Source: Patescibacteria group bacterium (GTDB lineage: Bacteria; Patescibacteriota; Minisyncoccia; Phycocordibacterales; JACOZG01). Taken from it: a stretch of DNA of 64,000 nucleotides. The first letter of the stretch is position 1. Every line of letters begins with the position of its first letter. This document shows positions 1-9,081 of the stretch, in pieces. The translations under genes were made by a program, and so were the position numbers. Below the pieces are notes generated by a model, which was given only the letters and a program-made list of their open reading frames with translations, had not been told where the DNA came from and searched no databases. The stretch is from contig JAYEGE010000001.1 of the NCBI GenBank assembly GCA_034658935.1, forward strand, positions 46,295 to 110,294, read 5' to 3'.

Positions 1-310
1 CCGCCGCTGAAGCGAAAGTCCCTGAACCAGTATAGGGCACCCCAAGCATATCAAGTTGATTTTGGATTTTACCATCCTCTCCGTATTCCCCATGGAGTGC
101 ATTGAAGAAGACGTCCACCCGCTTACCCACTTCTTGGGGAGTAACAGGCAAACCCGACCAATGCCATTGGCCGTCCTTGGTAATAAGGATATCGTGACCG
201 AGATATTTATCTTCTGGTAAGTGGCGTAAAATACTCTCACCAGTCTTTAGTGAGACCCCATACTCATGACCCCGACCGCCTCGGAGCACTCCCACACGCG
301 CTACATCCAT
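1..310 (-). CDS. ddl: D-alanine--D-alanine ligase, N-terminal part (5' end of gene; continues beyond window start)
   Basis: Manual translation of the minus strand from ATG at 308-310: [28 protein letters not shown]...[27 protein letters not shown]. This matches the Ddl N-terminal domain motifs (GG.S.EHEVSL ; ALHG..GEDG..QG.LE..G.PY.GSG). Confidence 0.75.
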   Translation of the reverse strand, partial: MDVARVGVLRGGRGHEYGVSLKTGESILRHLPEDKYLGHDILITKDGQWHWSGLPVTPQEVGKRVDVFFNALHGEYGEDGKIQNQLDMLGVPYTGSGTFASAA

Positions 311-329
311 TCTTTTGAACTTTTAATAA

Positions 330-716
330 TTAAGACTGCTTTAGTCGCTCGTTGATCTTAACAATCACATCGTCGAGGGTAAAATTGGCTTTGATTAAGT
401 AATCAGAGGCGCCGAGCCCCTTGGCCTTTTCGATATCCTCCTTCTGTCCGAGATTAGAGAAAACAATCACTGGGACCTTCTTGAGCTCGGCGTCCTTCTT
501 TAATTGGCCTAGGACTTCAAAACCGTTGACTCCAGGCAATAATAAGTCAAGAAGGATTAGGCTAGGATCAGATTTAGCGGCTATTGTTAGGGCACTTTCC
601 CCATCTACCGCTACCGCCACCTCAAAGCCCTCTTTTTCTAGCCGCTTAGCAGTGAGTACCCTTAAGAATTCGTCGTCCTCGACAATCAATACGATCAACT
701 TTTTTTTCTCATCCAT
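330..716 (-). CDS. Single-domain response regulator (CheY-like receiver)
   Basis: 128 aa. Receiver-domain features: acidic pocket DD, phospho-acceptor Asp in LILLDLLLPGVNG, and conserved T/K (VIVFSN...K). Confidence 0.85.
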   Translation of the reverse strand: MDEKKKLIVLIVEDDEFLRVLTAKRLEKEGFEVAVAVDGESALTIAAKSDPSLILLDLLLPGVNGFEVLGQLKKDAELKKVPVIVFSNLGQKEDIEKAKGLGASDYLIKANFTLDDVIVKINERLKQS

Positions 717-750
717 ATGGTCTTTTTTTCCTTATTGCTAATCAGAGTTA

Positions 751-1842
751 TTATACCTTAGCCTGCTTTAGAGGGATAGTGAAGTGGAATTCTGTCCCCT
801 TACCCTCTTCACTGACAAACCAGATCTCGCCCCCATGACGAGTGATGATGGTCTTAGCGGCAAACAGCCCCAAACCAAGGCCGTTAGGACTCTTCACGGC
901 AGCATTGCCAGCTCTATAAAAACGACTGAAAATCTTGCCCTGCTCGGCTGCCGGGATACCGATACCTTTATCGGTCACCACCACCTCAAGAATATTACGA
1001 GCGCTATTTAATTTATCATCTTTAAGAGTGACGGTAATATCCTGGGAATCTGGGCTATAGCGGATAGCATTATCTAATAGATTCTCTAACACCATACTCA
1101 TCTTTACTGGGTCCATCTCAACCGGCGGCGCCATCGCAGTGGGCTTACTAAAGATGATAGGCACTTTCTTCTCTTTGGCTGGAGCCGCAAATTCACTAAT
1201 CACACCCTCGATCAATTTGGTCAGATCAGCCGACACAAGATGATAATCCTCTTGGTGGTCTTCGACTATCCTGTCTAGATTTAGTAATTGATTAACGGTG
1301 CTAATTACCCGTTCGACACTGTCGAAACTGGCCTGGAGATAATGCTTCTGATCAGTGGTGACTTTGCCAATTTCATCCTTCAATAACATGTGAAGTGTCC
1401 ACTTGATTGCCGAGAGTGGTGTTCTTAGTTGATGCGTTGTTACCGCCACAAATTCAGATTTAGCCCGCTCCAATTCTTGAAGGTGCTGATTGGCCATAGT
1501 CAGCTCCATATCTTTGGCCTCTAATTCTCGAGTTCTAGTCTCTAAATCCTTGGCTTTCTGCTTGGCGGCCTCTAATTGCCTCTTATCGAGCCCGCCAACG
1601 ACTGGCTTAGGTGGTGGAGTAGCTGGGATATTCAGGCGCGGCCGGCGACGCTGACGGAACCAAGCAAATAAGAAGGGGTTAAAGACTAAAGCTAGAGCGA
1701 AGAGAATAAGAACGGCGGCCAGAGGTGTGCCGCGCGATGGTAGAGGAAAATCCGCTGGCAAAAATTGCTCAAGGGCAAAAGGTGCCAGCACCAAAACAAT
1801 TAGCAACAAGTAATACCAAAAGATCGCGTAGCTTCTGCCCAT
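751..1842 (-). CDS. Sensor histidine kinase (HisKA + HATPase_c) with N-terminal TM segment and coiled coil
   Basis: H-box HQLRTPLSAIKW, N-box LLDNAIRYS, G-boxes TDKGIGIP and GLGLGLFAAK. The ORF track extends to 1929, but that extension (MEEEPP...) overlaps the REP hairpin at 1909-1931, so the Met at 1840-1842 (MGRSYAIFWYY..., start of the hydrophobic segment) is the more plausible start. Confidence 0.8.
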   Translation of the reverse strand: MGRSYAIFWYYLLLIVLVLAPFALEQFLPADFPLPSRGTPLAAVLILFALALVFNPFLFAWFRQRRRPRLNIPATPPPKPVVGGLDKRQLEAAKQKAKDLETRTRELEAKDMELTMANQHLQELERAKSEFVAVTTHQLRTPLSAIKWTLHMLLKDEIGKVTTDQKHYLQASFDSVERVISTVNQLLNLDRIVEDHQEDYHLVSADLTKLIEGVISEFAAPAKEKKVPIIFSKPTAMAPPVEMDPVKMSMVLENLLDNAIRYSPDSQDITVTLKDDKLNSARNILEVVVTDKGIGIPAAEQGKIFSRFYRAGNAAVKSPNGLGLGLFAAKTIITRHGGEIWFVSEEGKGTEFHFTIPLKQAKV

Positions 1843-1908
1843 GTTACAAAAATTATAACATTGCTGAATCCTAAAAAGAAATAAGCTCCTCGCCAATTTT
1901 CCGCAATC

Positions 1909-1931
1909 ACTTGGAGGTTCTTCCTCCAAGT
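1909..1931. repeat. REP-like perfect hairpin acttggagg-ttctt-cctccaagt, copy 1 (16 nt upstream of transposase start)
   Basis: Read directly from sequence. 9-bp stems and a 5-nt loop. Same core found at 2384-2422 and 2603-2627. Confidence 0.8.
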
Positions 1932-1945
1932 AGTAAAATTAGAGT

Positions 1946-2599
1946 ATGCCTAGTCGAAAAATAAATTTTGTGGCCGGTGAGTATTACCACGTATATAACC
2001 GCGGCGTAGATAAACGCCGTATATTCGGAGACGAGGAAGATATCGATCGTTTCTTGCAGAGTATAGTTAAATTCAACACAAAAGAACCAATCGGTAGTAT
2101 TTATGAAAATTCTTTTGTTCAAGACTCTAAAAAGAAGCCCCGACGATTGATTTCCCTAATAGCTTACTGCCTTAACCCCAATCACTACCATCTTATAATC
2201 AAGCCCAGGGTTGACAAGGGAGTGGAGTATTTTATGCAACGATTGGGAACTGGTTACAGCTTATATTTCAATACAAAATATCGACGAAGCGGCTCTCTGT
2301 TTCAGGGTAAATTCAAAGCCACATTAATTGATATTAATGAATACTTACTTCACCTTAGCTCCTACGTAAATTTAAACTACAAGGCGCACCAACTTGGAGG
2401 TTCTTCCTCCAAGTTGGTGCGCTCAAGCTGGGAAGAGTACGTCAATCCCAATTTCAGCAAGCCACTGTGCGAAAAAAATATCGTCCTTAGCCAGTTTAGC
2501 GACACCAAAGAATATACTGACTTCGCTAATTCAGCTTTGACTCATACTTTGGACCGTAAAAAGCAGGAAAAAGAATTGAGGGCATTGTTGATCGATTAA
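1946..2599 (+). mobile_element. HuH Y1 transposase, IS200/IS605 TnpA-like / REP-associated tyrosine transposase (RAYT)-like
   Basis: 217 aa. YHVYNRG, HuH motif NHYHLII, and Tyr motifs SYVNLN / EYVNPN resembling the catalytic Y-x-x-N-P helix of Y1 transposases. Flanked on both sides by the same REP-like hairpin. Confidence 0.65.
2384..2422. repeat. REP-like hairpin copy 2, extended to 17-bp stems (gcgcaccaacttggagg-ttctt-cctccaagttggtgcgc), in-frame inside the transposase CDS
   Basis: Read directly. Encodes ...KAHQLGGSSSKLVRSSW... and sits between two Y-V-N-x-N motifs. Confidence 0.8.
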
Positions 2600-2602
2600 T
2601 TC

Positions 2603-2627
2603 CACTTGGAGGTTCTTCCTCCAGGTG
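2603..2627. repeat. REP-like hairpin copy 3 (cacttggagg-ttctt-cctccaggtg; one G-T wobble), 4 nt after the transposase stop
   Basis: Read directly. Same orientation as copies 1 and 2. Confidence 0.8.
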
Positions 2628-2638
2628 GGTGAATATAG

Positions 2639-3841
2639 TTAGAGGTGGCGGAGTTTGCGGTGGTAAAAGAGGGCGAAACGGTGGGATTCGGCGTTGGCAA
2701 GGATGATAGCGGCCTCATGTTCATGGGCCAACTTCTTATTGCCAATGATTTCTTTGGCACGGTGGCGCTCATTTTTGGTCACTGCAACAACAGTAATCTC
2801 GTGGCCCATTTCTCGTACAATCTTGCGGGCCACATTGAGCTGCCCCTTACCGCCGTCCACTACAATCAGGCTCGGGTAAGGCCATTCTGGGTGGTCTAGG
2901 CGCCGTTTTAAGACCTCACACAGGCCGCCATAGTCATCTCCACTCTTAGTTGTCCGTAACTTAAAACGCCGATAAAGATCAGGTCTCTTGTCACCATTCT
3001 GCCAAACCGTCATCGCCGCTACGGCCCCCACCCCAGCCAAGTGAGCCACATCATAAGCCTCAATCCGATAATCGGCCGCCTTCTTCTCTGCTCCGCTAGT
3101 AATCATCGCCACATCGCGAATATGCTGGAGAGTAAATAAACGTCGCTTGACCAGCTCGGCTTCTTCAAATTTCTGTCCCTTAGCCAATTGCTTCATCTCT
3201 TTCTCCAATAGAGCGACTAATTGTTTCTTTCTGCCATGCAGGAAGAGGCGTAGCTTCCTAAGCTGCTTACGATAATCAGTACGACTAATATCGCCAGCGC
3301 ATACCCCAGGACATAAACCAATCTGAGCATTGAAACAAGGCTTCCCTTTTCCAGGGGCGCAGGTGTCTCGGAAAGGAAATAGGCGTCTAATAATTTTTAG
3401 CCCCTCCTTTATCTCTTTAGAATTTGGGAAAGGGCCGATGATATCGAGAAACTTCCCTTCTCTTATTTCTCGTCCCCTTTTTAATAAAACAGCGGGCCAA
3501 TCCTCTTTCGTTATTACTACATGATAGAGACCGCCCAGATCTCGCTCCACGGTGTTGTAGGGGGGCTTGTGTTTATTAATCAACTCTATCTCCAAGAGCA
3601 AGGCTTCGAGAACAGAATCTGTTAGCCGATAATCTACACTCGTGACTTTTTCAACCATTGCCGCGATCTTCGCTCCTCGATCGGCTGCGATGCGGCCACC
3701 AAAATAGCTCCGAGCCCGAGACCGTAAAGAAGTTGCCTTACCCACGTATAAAATTTCTCGGCTTTTTTCGAAAAGATAAACCCCCGGTTGATCAGGCAAT
3801 TCCTTTAATTGCTTACTTAATGTCTTTGACATTTTCTTCAT
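2639..3841 (-). CDS. uvrC: Excinuclease ABC subunit C (GIY-YIG + UvrC endonuclease domain; short form without C-terminal HhH)
   Basis: GIY-YIG (PGVYLFEKSREILYVGKATSLRSRARSYF), IELINKHKPPYN, and the endonuclease-domain region YRIEAYDVAHLAGVGAVAAMTVWQNGDKRPDLYRRFKL...VVDGGKGQLN. The ORF track runs to 3910, but the first 23 codons overlap the double-hairpin repeat 3881-3922, so the start is more likely MKKMSKTL (3839-3841). Confidence 0.8.
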   Translation of the reverse strand: MKKMSKTLSKQLKELPDQPGVYLFEKSREILYVGKATSLRSRARSYFGGRIAADRGAKIAAMVEKVTSVDYRLTDSVLEALLLEIELINKHKPPYNTVERDLGGLYHVVITKEDWPAVLLKRGREIREGKFLDIIGPFPNSKEIKEGLKIIRRLFPFRDTCAPGKGKPCFNAQIGLCPGVCAGDISRTDYRKQLRKLRLFLHGRKKQLVALLEKEMKQLAKGQKFEEAELVKRRLFTLQHIRDVAMITSGAEKKAADYRIEAYDVAHLAGVGAVAAMTVWQNGDKRPDLYRRFKLRTTKSGDDYGGLCEVLKRRLDHPEWPYPSLIVVDGGKGQLNVARKIVREMGHEITVVAVTKNERHRAKEIIGNKKLAHEHEAAIILANAESHRFALFYHRKLRHL

Positions 3842-3880
3842 AAGAGAATTACACTGTGGAGCGAAGGAGGATTCGCCGAT

Positions 3881-3922
3881 TTGGACACTTGGTGTCTGGG
3901 AGTTCGACACCGAGTGTCTAAA
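3881..3922. repeat. Double-hairpin repeat (GACAC-ttg-GTGTC ... GACAC-cga-GTGTC), family B copy 1, in the uvrA-uvrC spacer
   Basis: ttggacacttggtgtctgggagttcgacaccgagtgtctaa. Near-identical element at 19429-19471 and a related element at 61491-61577. Confidence 0.75.
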
Positions 3923-6502
3923 TCATTTCTGTAAAATCCTCCTTAAATACTTAGCGGTATGAGAATCTTTAGATTGCGCCACCTCCTCTGGCGTACCCTT
4001 AGCCACCAATTTACCGCCATCAGATCCTCCCTCTGGCCCCAAATCAATTACATAATCAGCATTCTTCACAATCTCCAGATTATGTTCAATGACGATGACT
4101 GTGTTCCCCCTATCCACTAGGCGATGCAGAATGGTCACCAAATTATTCACGTCTTCATAATGTAGACCGATGGTTGGTTCATCTAGTAGATACACAGTTC
4201 GCTCAGTTTGTGGGCGATACAGTTCAGAGGAAATTTTAACTCGTTGGGCTTCGCCGCCAGAGAGAGTAGTTGCTGGCTGACCGAGCTCTAGATAACCCAA
4301 ACCCACCTCATCAAGAGTCTTCAGCCTATCGTTAATCGCTGGGATATCCTTAAAAAACTTTAGAGCCTCTTCAGCAGTTAGGCGCAACACTTCTTCGATA
4401 TTTTTCTCCCGATATTTAACCTCTAGGGTCTCCTTGGTAAAACGCTTGCCACGGCAAATATCACATTCCACATAGACGGTTGGTAGGAAATGCATTTCTA
4501 CAGCAATCAGTCCATTGCCCTGGCAGGCCTCACAACGACCCCCCTTAACATTGAAAGAAAAGCGTCCCGCTTTCCACCCCTTAACTCGAGCGGCCTCAGT
4601 GGCCGCAAAAAGATCGCGGATATGAGTCCAAGCACCAGTATAAGTCGCTGGGTTTGAGCGCGGCGTTCGACCAATCGGCGACTGATCAATCAAGATAGTG
4701 CGATTAACATATTCGGTGCCACTAAATTCTCGACAATTGAAGATCCCAGCACTCCGATGACGCCGGTCGAAACGAGCTCGCAAGTTCTGATGTAAAATTT
4801 CGTAAACCAGGCTAGATTTACCAGAACCAGAGACGCCGGTCACCGCCACCAAGCGCCCCAAGGGCACATCGAGATTAATGTTCTTGATGTTAAAGATATT
4901 GCCGCCGCGGATTTTCAACATGCCTTTATTTTTATCACGCCGTTTATCTGGGGCCGCCACTTCCTTCTCCCCTCGCAGATAATCAACCGTCAAGGAGTTG
5001 AAATTGTTTTTCTTAGCAGTCAATAATTTGTCTGTCTCATCAGCCACTACAATCTTGCCACCGTGAACACCGGCCCCCGGACCAATATCGACCAAGAAAT
5101 CTGAAGAATAGATGGTGTCCTCGTCGTGCTCGACTACAATGATGGTATTGCCTAAGTCACGCAGCTCCTTGAGAGTTTTGAGTAACCTGGCATTATCTCG
5201 CGAATGGAGACCAATGGTTGGTTCATCCAAGACGTAGAGGGCACCAACCAACCGCGAACCTAATTGGCTGGCCAAGCGAATACGTTGAGATTCCCCGCCA
5301 GAGAGGGTATTGGCCCGCCTATCAAGTGTTAAGTAATTCAAGCCGACGTCAAGTAGAAATTGGAGACGTGACTCAATTTCCTTAAGTACCACTTTAGCGA
5401 TCTCCCGTTCTTTGGTTGTTAATTTGAGGTCTTTGAAGAATTGACTAGCCTTATCTATTGAGAAAGCTGTTAATTGAACAATATTAGTTTTCCCACCCAA
5501 GAAAATATGGAGGGCTTCCGAACGCAATCGACTGCCGTGGCAAGTTTCGCAGGGGTCATTACCGAATAGATGTTTAGTGCCCAATCCGTGACATTCTGGG
5601 CAAGCACCATAAGGAGAGTTAAAGGAAAAAAGTCGAGGCTCTACTTCCGGGTAAGAGAAGCCGTCATGCGGGCAAGCGAAGCGAGCTGACAAAATAAGAT
5701 CGGCATCGTCCAGGATTATCCGCACCAATCCATCCGACTCATCGAGAGCTCGCTCTACCGCCTCGGCCAGGCGCTCTGCCGCTACCTCACGTATTGCTCC
5801 ATCAATATCTTTAGCCAAAGACCCGCGACGCTTAGAGCGGGCCAATTCACTAAGCTCGATCTCGTCAATCAAGACGTCGATCTCGTGTTTCTTATTCTTT
5901 TCTAAAACAATCCGCTCTCGGAGTTTCTTGGCCTTACCATCCACTCGCACTTCGTTGAAGCCCTTATCTAATAAGTCGTAGAGCAATTGATAATACTCCC
6001 CCTTACGACCACGAATTAGCGGAGCATAAATTTTAAGCGAGCCACTTTTTTTATCAGCGGTAACTACTCGCTTCTTAACAAGACTGATGATCTCGCTGGC
6101 CGAGAGCTTCTCAATCGGACGATTACAAACGAGACAATGGGGCTTACCTATACGAGCATAAAGTACACGTAGATAATCATAAATCTCAGTAATAGTCGCC
6201 ACTGTGGAGCGTGGGTTAGAAGAGCGCGTCTTCTGGTCAATGGAGATAGCTGGCGATAAACCCCGAATATCATCAACATCTGGCTTCTGCATCGTATTCA
6301 AAAATTGCCGGGCATAAGCGCTAAGTGACTCAACATAACGTCGCTGTCCCTCAGCAAAGATGGTGTCAAAAGCCAACGATGATTTTCCTGAACCCGACAG
6401 ACCAGTAAAAACCACCAACTTATTACGTGGCAATGTTACTGTGATATTTCGCAGATTGTGGGTCCGCGCGCCCTTAATGATTATCTTTCCCTGATCAGCC
6501 AT
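3923..6502 (-). CDS. uvrA: Excinuclease ABC subunit A (two ABC ATPase modules, zinc fingers)
   Basis: 859 aa. [35 protein letters not shown], second Walker [11 protein letters not shown], and signature LSGGE twice. Confidence 0.9.
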   Translation of the reverse strand: MADQGKIIIKGARTHNLRNITVTLPRNKLVVFTGLSGSGKSSLAFDTIFAEGQRRYVESLSAYARQFLNTMQKPDVDDIRGLSPAISIDQKTRSSNPRSTVATITEIYDYLRVLYARIGKPHCLVCNRPIEKLSASEIISLVKKRVVTADKKSGSLKIYAPLIRGRKGEYYQLLYDLLDKGFNEVRVDGKAKKLRERIVLEKNKKHEIDVLIDEIELSELARSKRRGSLAKDIDGAIREVAAERLAEAVERALDESDGLVRIILDDADLILSARFACPHDGFSYPEVEPRLFSFNSPYGACPECHGLGTKHLFGNDPCETCHGSRLRSEALHIFLGGKTNIVQLTAFSIDKASQFFKDLKLTTKEREIAKVVLKEIESRLQFLLDVGLNYLTLDRRANTLSGGESQRIRLASQLGSRLVGALYVLDEPTIGLHSRDNARLLKTLKELRDLGNTIIVVEHDEDTIYSSDFLVDIGPGAGVHGGKIVVADETDKLLTAKKNNFNSLTVDYLRGEKEVAAPDKRRDKNKGMLKIRGGNIFNIKNINLDVPLGRLVAVTGVSGSGKSSLVYEILHQNLRARFDRRHRSAGIFNCREFSGTEYVNRTILIDQSPIGRTPRSNPATYTGAWTHIRDLFAATEAARVKGWKAGRFSFNVKGGRCEACQGNGLIAVEMHFLPTVYVECDICRGKRFTKETLEVKYREKNIEEVLRLTAEEALKFFKDIPAINDRLKTLDEVGLGYLELGQPATTLSGGEAQRVKISSELYRPQTERTVYLLDEPTIGLHYEDVNNLVTILHRLVDRGNTVIVIEHNLEIVKNADYVIDLGPEGGSDGGKLVAKGTPEEVAQSKDSHTAKYLRRILQK

Positions 6503-6599
6503 AAAATAGTGAAGCGACGAGAAAGTTTAACATAAAAATTGACTATTAGCAAAACCCAGGGCAGTATTAGAGCAGATTTCGATCTAGAAAGGAGGGGCC

Positions 6600-6866
6600 A
6601 TGAACCCACAAAGCAGTGAGATGTCTCAAGAACGCGCCCTATGGTGGGCCAAGTTTTTCTTAAGGCAACTGCGTCTCAAGATTGGGAAAAAACGTAGGCG
6701 GCGAGTCACGAAACAGATGCTAGTCGAAAGGATGTTATTCGATGAAATGATTAAGTATGTCGGCATTGCCAGATGCCGCCTAAAGGACATCGGCACCAAC
6801 GATGAGGAGCTTGGCCGGCTCATGCCTAAGTACAGCAAGCCCATCCCACCCGCCGAGGACGATTGA
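6600..6866 (+). CDS. Hypothetical small basic protein (88 aa) between uvrA and uvrB
   Basis: GGAGG(GG) Shine-Dalgarno at 6591-6597 just upstream of the ATG at 6600. Contains a basic patch KIGKKRRRRVTKQ. No family recognised. The antisense ORF 6626..6880 has no RBS. Confidence 0.35.
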   Translation: MNPQSSEMSQERALWWAKFFLRQLRLKIGKKRRRRVTKQMLVERMLFDEMIKYVGIARCRLKDIGTNDEELGRLMPKYSKPIPPAEDD

Positions 6867-6892
6867 TCAGCAATCATCACCGGCGGGTTTTC

Positions 6893-8965
6893 CTACCCCT
6901 CCGCCGTCAGGGCCTTAATCTCATCTCGCAAAAGGGCGGCGGTTTCAAAATCGAGCTCGCGAACGGCGGCGTTCATCTGCCTGGTCTTCTCTTTAATCAC
7001 CTTAAATAATTTCTTTCCGTAAAGTTGTTTATCCAAAGCAACTAATTTCTTAATAGTTTTCTCGTGCTCACTTTCGATACTGGCAGTGATATCTTTAATG
7101 TTTTTTGTAATAGTCTGCGGAGTAATGCCATGTCGTTTGTTATAAGTAAGTTGCTTCTTACGTCGTCTATCAGTCTCCTTAATGGCATTGGCCATCGAAC
7201 CTGTTACCTGGTCGGCATAGAGGATCACTCGGCCATTAACGTTACGCGCCGCCCGACCGATAGTTTGGATTAGGGCAACCTCCGAACGCAGAAAGCCCTC
7301 CTTATCGGCATCTAAGATCCCGATCAAAGTAACCTCTGGCAAGTCGAGACCCTCACGGAGTAAGTTAACGCCAACAATACAATCATGGCCACCCGCCTCT
7401 GAACCATGACGAAAAGCAGTCAGAGTCTTGATACGATCTAGGGTTTTAACTTCACTATGCAAATACTCCGCTTTAATCCCCTGCTTCTTCAGAAACTCGC
7501 TTAAATCTTCGGCCATCTTCTTGGTCAGGGTGGTAGCCAACACGCGCCCGCCTTTCTCTATCGCTACCTTGGCCTCCTTTATAAAATCTTCTACTTGCCC
7601 TTCGTATTTATCCGCGCTAACAATAGGGCGAACCAATATCTCTGGATCGACTAAACCAGTGGGTCGAATTACCTGTTCGACAATTTGCCCCTTGGGCAGC
7701 TTACCATGCTCTCGCTCAAATTCCCCCGGCGTAGCGCTGGTATAGATAATAGGCCCCACCCGCCCCAAAAACTCGTCGAACTTAAGCGGTCGATTATCTA
7801 GAGCGCTAGGTAGGCGGAAACCATATTCGATCAGAGTTTTCTTCCGGCTCTGATCGCCAGCATACATCCCCCCGATTTGGGGCAAAGTAACATGCGATTC
7901 GTCGACAATGGTCAGAAAATCCGCCTCCCCCGGCAGGACACCGGGTGTTGGGGCATCTTTAACGCCCGGTGTCCGCCGGGGAAAATATGATAATAATGTG
8001 TCTGGCGCCGACCCAGGTTTACGACCAGAGAGATGGCGAGAGTAATTCTCTATTCCACTGGTATAACCAACCTCGCGAATCATCGCTAGGTCATAAGTTG
8101 TCCGCCGCCTCAACCGCTCAGCTTCGAGCATACTCCCCTCCTTTTCTAATTGTTTCAACCTCTCCCCGAGTTCTTGCTCAATGGTCTTGAGGGCGGCCTC
8201 ACGCTTAGGCTTGCTGGTGATAAAATGCTTGGCAGGAAAAAGAAAAACGCTCTTGGGCTTGTCTCGGATCACTCGTGTAATAGCATCAATAGTTTCGATC
8301 AAGGCGATTCGTTCCCCCTCAATAGTTAATTGATATATTTCCGTTCCCGAGGGTGGCATTATCTCTACCCTATTGCCGATGGCCCGGAAAACGCCCCCGC
8401 TCAAATCAGCTGTAGTTCTAGTGTAATGAGTCTGAATCAATTTCCGCAATAATTCCGATCGGCCGTAGCGTTGACCAACCTCTAATTTAAGATGTTGAGC
8501 CTCATAATCCTCGGGTGAACCAAGGCCATAAATACAAGAAACGGAGGCGACAATAATAACGTCACGACGAGTAAGCAAAGCTTGAGTCGAAGCATGGCGG
8601 AGCCTGTCGATCTCAGCATTGATTTTGGCATCCTTCTCAATATAGGTATCGGTCGCCGCCACGTAAGCCTCGGGCTGATAATAATCATAATAAGAAACAA
8701 AATAATGCACCGCGTGATTGGGAAAGAAATCTTGATACTCCTGAGCCAGCTGGGCCGCTAAAGTTTTGTTATGAGCAATAACTAAAACCGGCTTATTATA
8801 CTGAGCAATTACATTAGCCATGCTGAAGGTCTTGCCCGAGCCAGTCACGCCAAATAAGGTCTGGTGGTCCATACCTTTCTTTAGCCCATTAACCAAGGCA
8901 GAGATCGCCTCCGGCTGATCACCCGCCGGCTTATATTGAGATTCTAATTTGAAAATAGATGACAT
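6893..8965 (-). CDS. uvrB: Excinuclease ABC subunit B (helicase)
   Basis: 690 aa. TLFGVTGSGKTFSMANVI, YFVSYYDYYQPEAY, and C-terminal UVR coiled-coil ELDFETAALLRDEIKAL. Confidence 0.9.
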   Translation of the reverse strand: MSSIFKLESQYKPAGDQPEAISALVNGLKKGMDHQTLFGVTGSGKTFSMANVIAQYNKPVLVIAHNKTLAAQLAQEYQDFFPNHAVHYFVSYYDYYQPEAYVAATDTYIEKDAKINAEIDRLRHASTQALLTRRDVIIVASVSCIYGLGSPEDYEAQHLKLEVGQRYGRSELLRKLIQTHYTRTTADLSGGVFRAIGNRVEIMPPSGTEIYQLTIEGERIALIETIDAITRVIRDKPKSVFLFPAKHFITSKPKREAALKTIEQELGERLKQLEKEGSMLEAERLRRRTTYDLAMIREVGYTSGIENYSRHLSGRKPGSAPDTLLSYFPRRTPGVKDAPTPGVLPGEADFLTIVDESHVTLPQIGGMYAGDQSRKKTLIEYGFRLPSALDNRPLKFDEFLGRVGPIIYTSATPGEFEREHGKLPKGQIVEQVIRPTGLVDPEILVRPIVSADKYEGQVEDFIKEAKVAIEKGGRVLATTLTKKMAEDLSEFLKKQGIKAEYLHSEVKTLDRIKTLTAFRHGSEAGGHDCIVGVNLLREGLDLPEVTLIGILDADKEGFLRSEVALIQTIGRAARNVNGRVILYADQVTGSMANAIKETDRRRKKQLTYNKRHGITPQTITKNIKDITASIESEHEKTIKKLVALDKQLYGKKLFKVIKEKTRQMNAAVRELDFETAALLRDEIKALTAEG

Positions 8966-9002
8966 GAACCATTACACCATGACAGTAATCTGCTTTTTCT
9001 GC

Positions 9003-9035
9003 AATAAAAAGAACCCCCTGGTGTACACCAGGGGG
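9003..9035 (-). terminator. Rho-independent terminator for the secretin-like gene
   Basis: Perfect 10-bp stem ccccctggtg-ta-caccaggggg (9014-9035), followed on the minus strand by TTCTTTTTATT. Confidence 0.6.
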
Positions 9036-9081
9036 CTTGGCGCATTGCGCCGACCTTACTTGGCCGTCTGACCGACCATGT

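Noticed and set aside
421-1011. Plus-strand ORFs 421..741 and 784..1011 antisense to the response regulator and histidine kinase
   Set aside because: Low-complexity translations opposite genes with unambiguous domain motifs.
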